From Azolla caroliniana (Eukaryota > Plantae > Polypodiophyta), in assembly GCA_043228905.1 (NCBI GenBank), contig JBHGNT010000001.1, positions 27,962,001 to 28,026,000 of the forward strand: a DNA stretch of 64,000 nt, in the 5' to 3' direction. This document shows positions 14,368 to 26,404 of this stretch, piece after piece; position 1 is the first letter of the stretch, and every line of letters starts with the position of its first letter. The translations under genes were made by a program, and so were the position numbers. The notes beneath the pieces were generated by a model. The model did no database searches. It worked only from the letters and a program-made list of their open reading frames with translations, and was not told where the DNA came from.

Positions 14368-17300
14368 ATGGCCTCTGCGTCTTGTAATGCTGGATGCTTG
14401 ATGGCTGTTCTGAAATCGAAGCTGGGTCTTCTTCTCTTGATGCAGATAGTTATTGTAAATCTATCTCTAAGCTCTTCCTCTGCTTTGCCTCTGAAAGAGC
14501 ACGGTGTGATGCCTTACTCCGTGGAAGACGTGGAATCAGAGAGCAGGGCATTTACTCTGTTCGAGGCTTGGAAATTAAAACATGGAAAAGAGTATGGTAA
14601 TGAAGAGAAGATGAAAAGATTCGGAATCTTTCGGGAGAATCTTAGGAAAATCCACAGGCACAACAGCCGAGGTACGTCCTCTTTCACGCTTGGCCTTACA
14701 CGATTTGCCGATCTCACTAACGACGAGTTCAAGAAGCTTAACTACTTTGGAGCCAGGCCACGTCCAGAGGTTCTCAGCCACAGGAGAAATTCTAGTTTCT
14801 CTAATTTGAAGCTACACACATGTGATACATCGGATCTTGACGAGTCATTTGATTGGAGAGATGATGATGCCGTTGTTAGTGTCAAGGATCAAGGGAGTTG
14901 TGGTATGTCATCACTCCTTTTCATTCCTCATACTTCTAGTGTTGCTTATCATCTCATCCATCAGAATAATGAACTAAATTTTTGCTCAACTAGGACCTAG
15001 AGTTTTTACAAGAAAGAGCCGTATTTCATTGATAATGTCGTCTCAACTATTGATAAAAGAAAAAGGATAGGAGAAAACTATGTAAAGTCTACTTATGCAT
15101 TTTACAAGAGCGAGAAATATCTGCACTAAAAGTGTTTTCAAATATATGAGAACAATGAAAACCATTAAAAGTATGCAATTAAACTCTTTAGTAGAGTTAA
15201 CTAGGAGAGCAATGTTTGCATTGGAAATGTTGTCTTGTTTATGGAACAATGAAAGAAGCAATTTCGCATCCATGAGAATGATGAAAGAAGTGATGTCTCA
15301 TCTATGAGAACAATGAAAGAAGTGATGTCTTTAGTATGAGAACAATAAAAAAATGAAATGAGGAAAGCACCTAAAATCTACTTTGTAAAAATTAGGCATT
15401 GAAAATGGTTGTTCATCTGTGTGGAAACAACAGCAAATATGATTTGTATGAGAACATTGAAAGAATGAAAAGGGACAAAAATAGCTATGCAAGTATGTAG
15501 AAACTTTTACAAGGCCTAACTGGAAGAGCAATACATGCTCAATGACAGCATCCCTAATGCTAGAGGATGTGGATGAGAAACAAGAAATGGTGCAAATAGA
15601 CAGGGATTGTATAAGCTTGGATGATGCAAATATATTACAACACTGATAAACTAATAAAATCGAGTGTCTTTATCTTCTTTTGCAGGTAGTTGTTGGGCAT
15701 TTGCTTCCGTAGCTACCATTGAGAGCGCCAATGCTATAGCGACGGGGACTCTTGTTAGCTTATCAGAACAGGAACTAGTGAGTTGCGATTCCAATGATTA
15801 TGGATGCAATGGTGGTTGGATGGACTATGCTTTCCAATGGGTCATAGACAATGGGGGAATTGACTCTGAAGAAGATTATCCCTACACAAGTTCAAAGGGC
15901 CGAGCTGCAAGTTGTTCTTCTTCCAAGGTATGCAACTTACAAAAGTAATGGTTTGATGGACTTATTTGTTTTGTCATGAAATCTTCTTCTCTAACTTATG
16001 TTAAAACACATGAATTACCATCCTACAGCTTAGCAACATCGTTGCATCTATCAGCAGCTACGTGGATGTGGATTCCTACGATGAGTCTGCATTGCTTTGT
16101 GCAGTTGCATCTCAGCCTGTCACAGTAGCACTTAATGGTGATGCTTATGATTTCCAACTTTACTCTGGGGTAAGCTCTACATTTTTTATATCATAAAGCT
16201 AAGGTCCTGGTTGATTAACCATAAATGCTAACACTACGTCCAAAAAATCTTAAACTTAGACCATACACTCTAAAACCTACATACTACACCCCAAACAGTA
16301 AGCCCTAGACCCTAAACATTGAATCTTTAAACACTGACCCCACATTCTAAACGCCATACCAAGGTCACAATCCTAACCTAGACCCTAAACCCGATAACCT
16401 ACATCTTGAGCCTAAACTGTACACCCCAGATTCTATTCTATTGAAGCAATGCTTGGGGGTTAAGGGTTTCTTTATTGTGCAGGGAGTTTATGACGGGAGC
16501 TGCAGTGACGATCTCAATGACCTTGACCATGCAATTGTAATCATTGGATGGGGTGTGAGTTCCAGCAATGTGGAGTATTGGATTGCCAAGAACTCATGGG
16601 GAACATCATGGGGGTTAGAAGGATATATTTATCTTGTACGAGGGACAGGGCTAACGCGAGGAATATGTGGCATATACTCATTGCCATCATACCCGATCTC
16701 TTCTTCTTCTTCGCCGCCACCGCCGCCATCACCACCACCTCCATACACACCTCCACCACCACCGTCACCACCTCCCCCTCCATCACCACCTCCACCACCA
16801 TCGCCACCACCTCCACCTCCATCACCACCTCCACCTCCACCATCTCCTCCACCTCCACCACCATCGACTGAGCAATGCGATGATTGGGCAACGTGTCCAT
16901 CCAAAGAGACATGTTGCTGCCTCCTAGAGATATCGTCTTATTGTTTCAGTTGGGGATGCTGTGCTTATGAGAATGCAGTGTGCTGTGATGACCACCGGAG
17001 CTGCTGCCCTCATAACTATCCGATTTGTAACACAAGGACCGGCTACTGCTATAAGGTAGAATAGATATTTTTTCAACATTGTATGTGAATGTAAATTTGT
17101 GTTGGTTTAGGGTTGGTAATATTAGTTATGGACATGTATGTGGATGTGGATGTACATTGTTTAAACTTTAGGATATGAATGTATGTTATTGACATGGTAT
17201 GTAAATGTACGTCCTTTAGGGTTCAGGATATGAATATATGCTATGGATATGGTGTGTGTTATGTGGATGTACATAATTTAAACTTCGGATTTATGTTTGG

Positions 17301-18044
17301 GCTTTAAATTTTAGGGTTTCAGATTTAGGATATGGATATGGTATGTAGATCTACATCATTGAATACATAAGTTTTAGGGTTTAGAGTATAGGATAAGAAT
17401 ATATGTTAAGGACATGTATATGAATATTAATTGTTTAGATTTTAGGATATGGGTTCAAACCTATGATCATATGTCCTAGTGTTGATATGTCAAGGACTAG
17501 GTTGCAACTGCTAACTTTCATATAAAATGGAAAGACCTGAGTGAGCATTTATGGCAACGAAATGGTGCTTAATATGGGAATTGATCCATCTCAAGAGATA
17601 ATATATGTGATAGACATGGTATCTGTATGTACTTTTAATTTAGAGCCTAATTTATGCATGGTGAAAGTGTTTTCTAAAGATACTGGTATAGCTTATAGCA
17701 CGTATTTATCCTTGGATGAAATTTATCACCTAGGAACGGCTGCATTCTCAAACATGGTGTACATTCTAGGCATGATAATGTCAGTCGGTGTGCTCTGAAT
17801 GAACAGAATTAATTAGGTCACTCGTTTTTTAAACTGAACTTGTAAAGGTTTAATCAGATATACTAATCATTTGAAATATCTTCCAATGCTCTTTTGATTT
17901 TGCTTGTTCTTTTGGCTGCAGGACACTTCAAGCTCAGGTTCACATCCCTTAGTGGGTGTTCCTATGATGCCACGGAAGCCAGCATTTGTTCGTGATGGGG
18001 CTCCCTCATTTGATGATATGCTCAACCGTGATGCTCTTGAATGA
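14368..18044 (+). CDS. Papain-like (C1A) cysteine protease with I29 prodomain, Pro-rich linker and C-terminal granulin domain (RD21/XBCP3-like)
   Basis: Exons 14368-14902, 15686-15927, 16029-16169, 16483-17055 and 17922-18044. Signal peptide, ERFNIN-like [21 protein letters not shown], catalytic QGSCGSCWAF, DHAIV and KNSWG, SPPPPP repeats, granulin CPSKETCCC...GCC...CC.DHRSCCP. Confidence 0.95.
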
Positions 18045-18458
18045 ATGAAAGAAATATTTGTGTGAAATGATTAACAATATTCAGAAACTACTCCAATTCA
18101 TGACATTGTGTTTATGTCTCCGAACTATTTGTATTACTGAATAATTCTTGTACTCGTATCTCTGTAGTCTTGTATGGCTCCTAACAATTGTGTATAACGT
18201 GGTTCAATACATAATTGCAGTACTTGAGTTTTAGCTATTGTCTGGATTGCATTGCAAACACCGTGATGGAAGACATTTTTTCTTTTTTTGTGCAAGTGTA
18301 AATAAACTTCGTTTGTTTACCTAATCCCATAATGAACTTGTTGTAGAACTTGTCATGGTACCTTCCTTGTTTTTAGTTCTTACAAAATTGTGATCTTTCA
18401 TCATAGCTTTTCCATGTTAGGGGCATCCTGAAAGCCACTCTAATAGAATGGTCCAGAG

Positions 18459-18714
18459 CATAGTATGAACCATACGTACATTATGTGCATTTTTGCATTC
18501 ACGCATGTTTCAATCATTCGAGTATGGTCAACACCCTCGAAGAATGGTAAATATCATACTTTTGTATTCATTATTTATTATAAAGTAAATTTTTTAAGGT
18601 AATAAAGTTAATGTAAAAAGTGTAAAATAAAAAACCATAAGATTGTTTTGATAACATACGCATTCGTATGAAAAAAAATGTTTGCTAATGCATTCGAGTA
18701 GATTATATACTATG
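18459..18714 (+). mobile_element. hAT-type MITE, 256 bp
   Basis: TIRs CATAGTAT...ATACTATG and a perfect 8-bp TSD GTCCAGAG (18451-18458 and 18715-18722). Confidence 0.85.
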
Positions 18715-20039
18715 GTCCAGAGTAGGACTTTGGCCTCTGATTTGAATAGACCTAAACTTTGTTGATTTAGATAGACCTAACTTGCCAGTTGTATTGCATA
18801 CAATGCTAACGTTGGACTGATTGTTTCAACTTAATATTAAGCATTTTCAACAGGTGAAACAATGAGCCTCAAGTAATGTAATAACATTCAAGGTAATTGC
18901 GCATGTTAACCAAACAAATTCATAACCTTCCCGTGGGGGGAAGTACCTTGTGTTAGAATTTACATCTAGTGCCATCTTGAAACTTAAACTACACTTATCT
19001 CTTTATGTTCATGTTTTTTTCCATCTCGTTGATCTAACTAACACAATAGTTTCTGTTGCCTCACCATTAATGTAGTCTGCGTTAAGTGTAATTGATCTTG
19101 TGCAATCTATTTACTTTTATTTATAATTCTTTACAACAAATGTTGCTAGGCATAGTCTTTATTTACCTAATCCATAGCCATAAGTAAAGTCATTGTTAAA
19201 TCTATTAGATGAGTCTATTTCCTTGTTGTCTTTCATAATCTATTTGCTTTAATTTATAATTCATCACAATAAATGTAGTTAGGCATAGTCTTCATTCACA
19301 GAAGCCATAGCCATCACTAAAGCCTATTCGTATACCCAAGCAATAGACATCACTACTCCAGCCAGGCCCTGATCTCGGAACAGCTGCCAAAGTTCACTAT
19401 AGCAAAACTGAATGCAAGGTTTTCCTGTATATATAGTATATTTCAAATTGTAATCACTGATTGAGACAACAGTCCCAGTATCATAAAATACAGATTTGCG
19501 TTGTTTGCTATCTAGAGAACAAACATCTCTTAATTTCCTGGTGAATTCCTCAATCTTTGTGATCGTCTCTCATCATTTCCTAACATTTCATTCACTTAAA
19601 AAGGAAAACTGGCAATAATCATTTCTCGAATAATTGTTCCTCCTTTGGTCTCTCTTCGCTCCCAGTATCCTTCTTTTAAGAAAAAGCAGAAATCAAATTA
19701 AGTCGTACCGAGGCAAAAATAACTTTACTGTCTTAACTAGAAATAAAATTACGAAAGGCTTCAGAATCAATGTCAGAGTAAGTCAAAGAATACATTCATC
19801 AATAAAGTTTTATCTTATACCCAGGATAAGCAGGACATGTTTAGGGCAAATTAGAACTCGCTAGGGATGCCTTGGCTCTCTTTTATTTCTTAGGCTGTTT
19901 TCTAATTTCCTCTTTCCACACATGACTTTCATCATGGTCTCTATTTTCATAATTGAGAATAGTATACTATTATTGTACAAATAAATACAAGGTATGCGAG
20001 TGTTCGATCTTTCTTCCAAGAAGGATGCCTTAAGAAAAT

Positions 20040-23000
20040 TTATTCCTTCCCTATGCTGCGCTCCTCTTGCAAACGCCTCAGAAGAGAGTCCTTTTCTTCT
20101 TCAGGAAGTGCATTGAACATAAATATTGATTTGTCCCCAAGGTCATCCTGCCAATTCAACAAGGCAAATGTCAAGGCATGAACCAAATCATCATGGTAGT
20201 TCAAAAGAAACACCAATTTAAGAAATGGAATTGAATCTGATTGCCTTTGATTACTCCTAGGCTGTAGCCATCATTATACACTCTTGAAACTTGATAGATG
20301 GACTTATATCTGACTGCTTTCTCTGTTCTTGGGGCATTCTTCTCCACCCACATTATGCTGGGGGTTAATGCATCATTACTTCAAACCTTGATCTCCAATC
20401 ACAATCCCCAAGACACTTTACTGAATCTTCTAATGGTGGAAATTGGTATGTGTATGAGGTCATTAAGCTGGATAATGTCTGGTACTAGCAGGCATGCTCT
20501 GATAGAGCGTCACATGGGTTCAAATTCATCACATATTTCCTTTCTTTTTCTTTCTTTTTGGGTACATTCAATTAGCTGGTCAAATGACCCACATGATGCT
20601 GGCGGTTAATGCACCATTTCTTCAACCCTGCATCTCCAATCACAATCCCCAAGACGCTGCTAAATCTTCTAATGGTGGAAATCGATATCTATATGAGGCC
20701 ATTAAGCTGGATAAAGTCTGACACTAGCAGGCATGCTATGAAAGAACACCACATGGGTTCAAATTCATCACACATACTTCCTTTCTTTTTCTTTCTTTCT
20801 GCATAACCCAGGGAAATGTTACATAACCAATGAGATATGCCAAATATGATGAATCAAAGGATAGCATATCGCACCATCCTGGGTGTAATGTGTCCAGAAA
20901 ATATTGCAATGAGACCAATTGTTAAATAAAAAGCCTCCCCAACCTACAGATTTGCCCAAAAATGCTATGCTGTTTGGAAAGGAATGAATTCACAACCATC
21001 TCTGCAAAAACTCCCAGATCGAAGAAAATTTAAACAAAACCATATAACAATATCATTCTCTCATAATCAATTGACCTTCAGCTGGAATGTGTAATTATTT
21101 TTCATCAATTAAAATCCAGGCATCCTTAGCCGGCCCTAAGCTTCAACTACATCTTCTTTGACTTCACCATCCTTGCAGGTTGAGACTATTAAGTTGAGTA
21201 GGAATGGTCTCAGTACTAGTATATTTTAATCATAAATCCTGAGATCAGGGCAGATATTTAGGCAGCCACAATATTGTTTGCTAATTTGTCCTGTATACTT
21301 TGTTAAAGGTTAAATAAAATATCAACTTCAATGATATGCCCCCCATTCCTGATATGCAAATATGAGAATGCTTTGTATGCCCTTTTTGACTATTTATGAA
21401 CCTAAATATATCATCACAACCACTATCACGATACATCTTTGCATCCAAAAGACTAAAATTCCCCATATAACATCCTTTTCAAATATCATTCATACAGCTG
21501 TAGAACAATTTCCTAGAATGCATGTCTCTTGTTGAGAAGAAAACATTCAAAATTTTCAAGAACATTTGTCTCCAGTTGGCTAGAAATTAGGAATGTAATG
21601 TCTAACCAGATTGCGTAAAGGAAAAAGCAATGAGCTATACCTTGATTGGCTGGGTAAATTTTCTAGCAGTAAATACTATGAACAATGTCATCCAAGTAAA
21701 CAGCAACGGAAGCTCAGCATTTCCATCCAACAACCCTGACTATGATCCATACATGCACCAAAGACATCAGCATAAAATTAAATTTCATTGTCCTCTAAAT
21801 TAGCTCCCAAGCAATATTCTTAGGACATTCAGCATGTCACTCATGTCTTAATCCTAGCCCGCCTCTATACAGTTTCTCCATTCTACAATGAGCATATCCT
21901 AAGTTTCTTTTTAAAATACTTAAGAATACGTATTTTATAGATAAAATATGTTAAATACTTAGAATACATGTAGAATACTTAGAATACTTGTAAAATATGT
22001 TAAATACTTCTTAAATTTTAAAATACTTCAGATTATTCTAAAATGTATTCTAAACTATGAGCATATCATCTTGTTCTCGACATTTCTACATGCCATGGAA
22101 TTCAAACCAAACTATATTTTTTTGCCTTCTTTTACATGAATCTAATAAAAACAAGTATACCAGATGTCCCAGCAGAAGAGATGGGATGATAAAAACCAAA
22201 ATTGCAGCCTCCAATTTTCCATAGCATAGCCCTGTGAGGTATTAGAAAGCTTAATTAATTGGTACTCTGACTTATAATGCTTCTAAGAACTTGCAAACAT
22301 TTAGACTGCATGCCAAATTGTTTATATTCAGGCAATTATTGCAACAATGTCAATATGATTATAAGGCTTTCTCAGTATCTCACACACAGGAACAGCAAAA
22401 ATTGAACTCTTCAGAGTCAAGTATCAATGAGAAACATCTAGAATCCATGGTTCCATGATGAAGAGTAAAATAAATGGTTGAATCTGCTGGAAAATGTTTT
22501 ATGTTTCTCTAGTCATCACATCAATGATAAATGTGTTGATCATACTTTTGGGAAATTATACGAAATAAGAAAGGCGCAATTAAATCAATCCACTGGAAGA
22601 TGTTCTGAGTTCTCTTGTCATGTCATTGGTCCAAAAACAGCTTTTCCACAGAAAATACTTCAAGAACTTCTACAAAATAACACAGGCGGAATTTAAAAAT
22701 TGCAATCAATAGTGTATGCACCTTCTTTAAACACCAGTCCAGTCAAGGCTGCAAATAGAGGTCCAACTAGCCATATTGCCCACTGGTTTTGTACCACATA
22801 ATTCACAAGACTCTCATGTTCAGGTGCTGCAAACTTCAAAGCTACCACTACTGAGCCTAGTACACCAGCTCCCCACAGCAGTTGCAATGCTCTCTTGATT
22901 GGCGTTACATATATATGGATGAGAAGCAACGAAATGCCCAATCCTCCAGCACCAACCCCATATAAGATGTCTGAACCATTCTCTACAGTCACATATAGCA

Positions 23001-24282
23001 AGCTATCCTTCGGTAAAAAGGCTCTTGATGCAGCTGTGACAAATGCAACAGCTGTTGTCACCAGCCCTGCTCTGTATAAAAAAACCTGCACTCAAGGATG
23101 CTTTTTAGAAAGGATTTTCTATGAGAGAAACTTCAAAATGAACATCGGTTAAATTTACTGCTTTGCCCATATCCATATTGAAATACGGGTATGAAATAAT
23201 TATCAATAAATCATGTGTGCACTGCAAAATTGTAAACAAATTAGAAGCCTTCTCTGCTGGCTTCTATCACCAGAAAACTAGCAGCATGCAATCTCTCTCT
23301 AGGACGAATTATATTCTACATTATCCTCAAAGATGCAAACTTTGAGCAACAAAGATATGTAGACCTGAACAACAACACTTGAAGAGGTGGGATATAGCTA
23401 GACTCTCATTCTGGAAATAATTGCAATGGGACGGAATCAAATTGCAAGCAGGAGAGGAACAGTTAGCCTGAGGTTGCAAACACTCATAGACACGTAAAAA
23501 AATTTACTTGAGATTTTTAATGGTACTAAATTGCAGTTCTCTCCATGAACATTTGAAACCTCAATAAATTTCCTGATTTTGAGCATTTAATAATTATCTA
23601 ATTACATGTTTATATGATCATACGACACATAATTTCCCAGAAAAGATAATAGAATCAATAATATTCTGTCATATCTTGCTTCATTTAATGATATTCTTCA
23701 TCTTTCAACTACAGGAGAGGATGCAAAGTTGTGATGTCCTTATTTCAAAGACTTAAAACACACCAAATGGAGAAAACGACCTAGCTAAACGCAATTTGCC
23801 TACCTTTATACGTCCTAATTATGCAGACAAAGGTTCTTATTCATAATCAATGTAATCATCCATCATCGATGTTGAAAAAAGTTTACAGTAATCTTACTTC
23901 ATATGCTGATTTAGTAAAAAAGCCATAATAAAACTGAGGCAGAGAGAGAGAGAGAGACCTCGCGTATATCAGCAGAATCGATCGACCAGGGTCCATAAAC
24001 GCCTTGGAAGACCTCAGTTTCCCCGGCGGTAGAGGAGGAGGAATCGTTGGAAGCAGCGGAGAGGAGAATGTTTCTCTTGATGGATAGAGGTGCATGAAGC
24101 CTAGAGGATCCATAGCGGAGCTGACATCTTCGATTGAAAGAGAGGGATGGCGACGGTATTGCGGATGCAGGGAAAGGGCAAGGGCAAGGGCTAGGATTAG
24201 GGTTAGGGTTAGGGTTAGACAGGAGATGCCGTGGGACATGGGCAGGAAGATGCAGAGTGAGGGAAGGAAGAAGCAGAACCAT
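20040..24282 (-). CDS. DUF2301-family integral membrane protein, probably plastid-targeted
   Basis: Exons 24282-23959, 23085-22722, 22231-22161, 21739-21641 and 20147-20040. Motifs FQGVYGPWSIDSADIREVFLYR, IHIYVTPIK, FAALTGLVFKEGLCYGKLEA and RKFTQPIKDDLGDKSIF. The Ser/Pro-rich N-terminus resembles a transit peptide. Confidence 0.88.
20346..20800. repeat. Two-copy tandem duplication (~241-bp period) in the last DUF2301 intron
   Basis: ACCCACAT..ATGCTGG..GTTAATGCA..CTCCAATCACAATCCCCAAGAC.. starts at 20346 and again at 20587. Confidence 0.8.
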
Positions 24283-25107
24283 CGCTTTGATTATGGTCGG
24301 AAGGCGAAGGGGTAAGGGGTTGGGTGGTGGGTTCGAATCTCAGTTCAGTTGCTCAACACAAATAATGAATGAATGGATGGAATGGAATGGATGGTAGTAA
24401 TTACTAAATACTGTACCCACAAAAACAGAGTGTGTGTTTCTTGCTACATGGATATGGATCTTTAACAAAAAGAATGATTAATTATTCCTGCCTTGTTTGG
24501 CCGTAGAATGTCATCTCGATCCGTATTGACACAACGGTCCATGTTAAACGCATATTGCGATCGATTTACTTTATGCGACACAGAAAAGTGCCAATTGGGC
24601 GCCCATGCATGGTCCAAGTTCGCACTTTGGTTTCTCCCAAAATTCACAGCTTTCGATGTTTTTGCAATGTAAACCAGGACCATGCCCACTAACTAGTCAA
24701 AGAGAAGTAACGCTTGTTCGAAAAAAACACGTATATATAAAAAGATAACGACTTTCCGGTATGTTTTATAGGATACGGTTTTATTGAGTCAGGAATCCTT
24801 GAAATGACGAAAGATGGTGGGTGCCGTCTCTCTATTGCATAGAAACTCGTGCTTTGCCGCAATGTTACTGGGAAGGGAATTTGGAACCATCAACTCAAGC
24901 CCGGCGAATTTGGGCAAGCAGCTAAGAGTATGTAATAATGTATGAATGTCTCTCTCTCCCCTGCCCCTGGCCCCTCGGACAAACACAAAAAAAAAAGCAA
25001 ATAAATAAATATGTGTGTGTGTGTGTATGTATACATATGTACATACATATTCAGGCTCCACAACACGCACATACATACATCACACATGTCACACACACAC
25101 ACACACA

Positions 25108-25262
25108 CATAGTATGTAATATTCGTGCTTAGCCCAAACATTCTTCCTTACCCTTAAAGAAAAATTCCTTATAATAAATAATGAGTGCAAAAGTATGGTA
25201 TTTACCATACTTCGAGCGTGTTTTTCCATACTCGAATGGTAAGAATGTTGGCGAATGCACCT
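25108..25262 (-). mobile_element. Truncated third copy of the hAT MITE family
   Basis: Starts CATAGTATGTAATATTCGTG, like the 13514 terminus. 25170-25260 is the reverse complement of ~18494-18580. The second TIR and the TSD were not found. Confidence 0.7.
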
Positions 25263-25445
25263 ACACACGCAAGAAAGAAGAAGAGCTTAAGTTTATTCAC
25301 CGAGAGCGTGTGTGTGTGTGAGAGAGAAGAGAGAGAGAGAGAGAGTGTGTGTGTGTGTGTGAGAGAGAAGAGAGAGAGAGAGAGAGAGTGTGTGTGTGTG
25401 TGTGTGAGAGAGAGAGACCAATTGGCCAGATGCACACACGTCTAG

Positions 25446-25467
25446 CCAATACCCAGGCGCCACGTCA
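25446..25467 (+). promoter_or_regulatory. Overlapping ER-stress element (CCAAT-N9-CCACG) and UPRE (CCACGTCA = TGACGTGG on the minus strand)
   Basis: CCAAT ACCCAGGCG CCACG TCA upstream of the HRD1 leader; exact match to both consensus sequences. Confidence 0.75.
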
Positions 25468-25501
25468 TACAGCTGACGTATATTGAAAGAAGGCTCTGCT
25501 C

Positions 25502-25541
<40 letters not shown>

Positions 25542-26404
25542 GTGCGTGTTGAAGGCTAGGGTCTCTGGTTCTTTTTTAGGGTTAGGGTTTGTGTGTCTGT
25601 TTTTTTAGGGTTTGAGTTTTTTTGTTTGCGTCTTGTGTACAAAGGAAAGCGACAAGCCCGGAGATCTGGAGAAGACGACGACCACGAGAATAGAAAAGGA
25701 AGCTAATAAGAAGGGCTTGCGATGCTGTGATCAGACCCCCCCCCCCCTTTTGGCCTCTTCGTCTGCTTCTTTCTCTGCTAAGGTTCGGCCAGTAATTTTC
25801 TGAATCTCCTGGATTTTTTAGTTAGAAAGCCAAGGCAGAGAAAATCGACGGTAGGTAAAACAGGAATAGTATGAACTGAGTTCTTTCATTTCTCTGTCAA
25901 GGTGCGATCTATGTTGTCTGCGCTCTAGGTTTGGAATTTCAACGATCCAGACCAACAGACAGATAGAGATAGACAGAGACGACCATAAGAAGAGAAATGA
26001 AGGAGCAATATAGATAAACATAGAAGGTCTCAACAAGAAGAAAAACAAGGCAATCGAAGAATTGAAGAAGAAGATCACAAGAAGCCAAAGAAGAATTTAT
26101 TAAAATCAGAATAATAAATAGCATTCGAAGATCAGAATCAAAAGAATCCAAATTTAGACAAAAAGTCATAGTTTTTTTACGGAGTGTTCAGGCTTGAAAC
26201 ACGACAGCAATTTCTGACAGGGGAGCAGCCACAGTGAAACACATACAGGAGAACGATCAAAAGAAGAAGAAGAAGGAAAAGGTAGAAAGAAGAAGAAAAG
26301 GTAGGAATTCGCAGAAGCAGAATCAGTGAGAACGTGGAAATCAGATTCCTAACTGAAATCAGAATCGGGGTTTAATAAAGGCATCTTTTTTATTACACTT
26401 GTGC

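Noticed and set aside
16541-16927. Gly-rich, His-rich and Val/Glu-rich ORFs
   Set aside because: Alternate-frame and antisense readings of the Pro-rich protease linker
24789-25445. Several short ORFs in the divergent promoter
   Set aside because: Artefacts of CA/GA microsatellites and a MITE fragment
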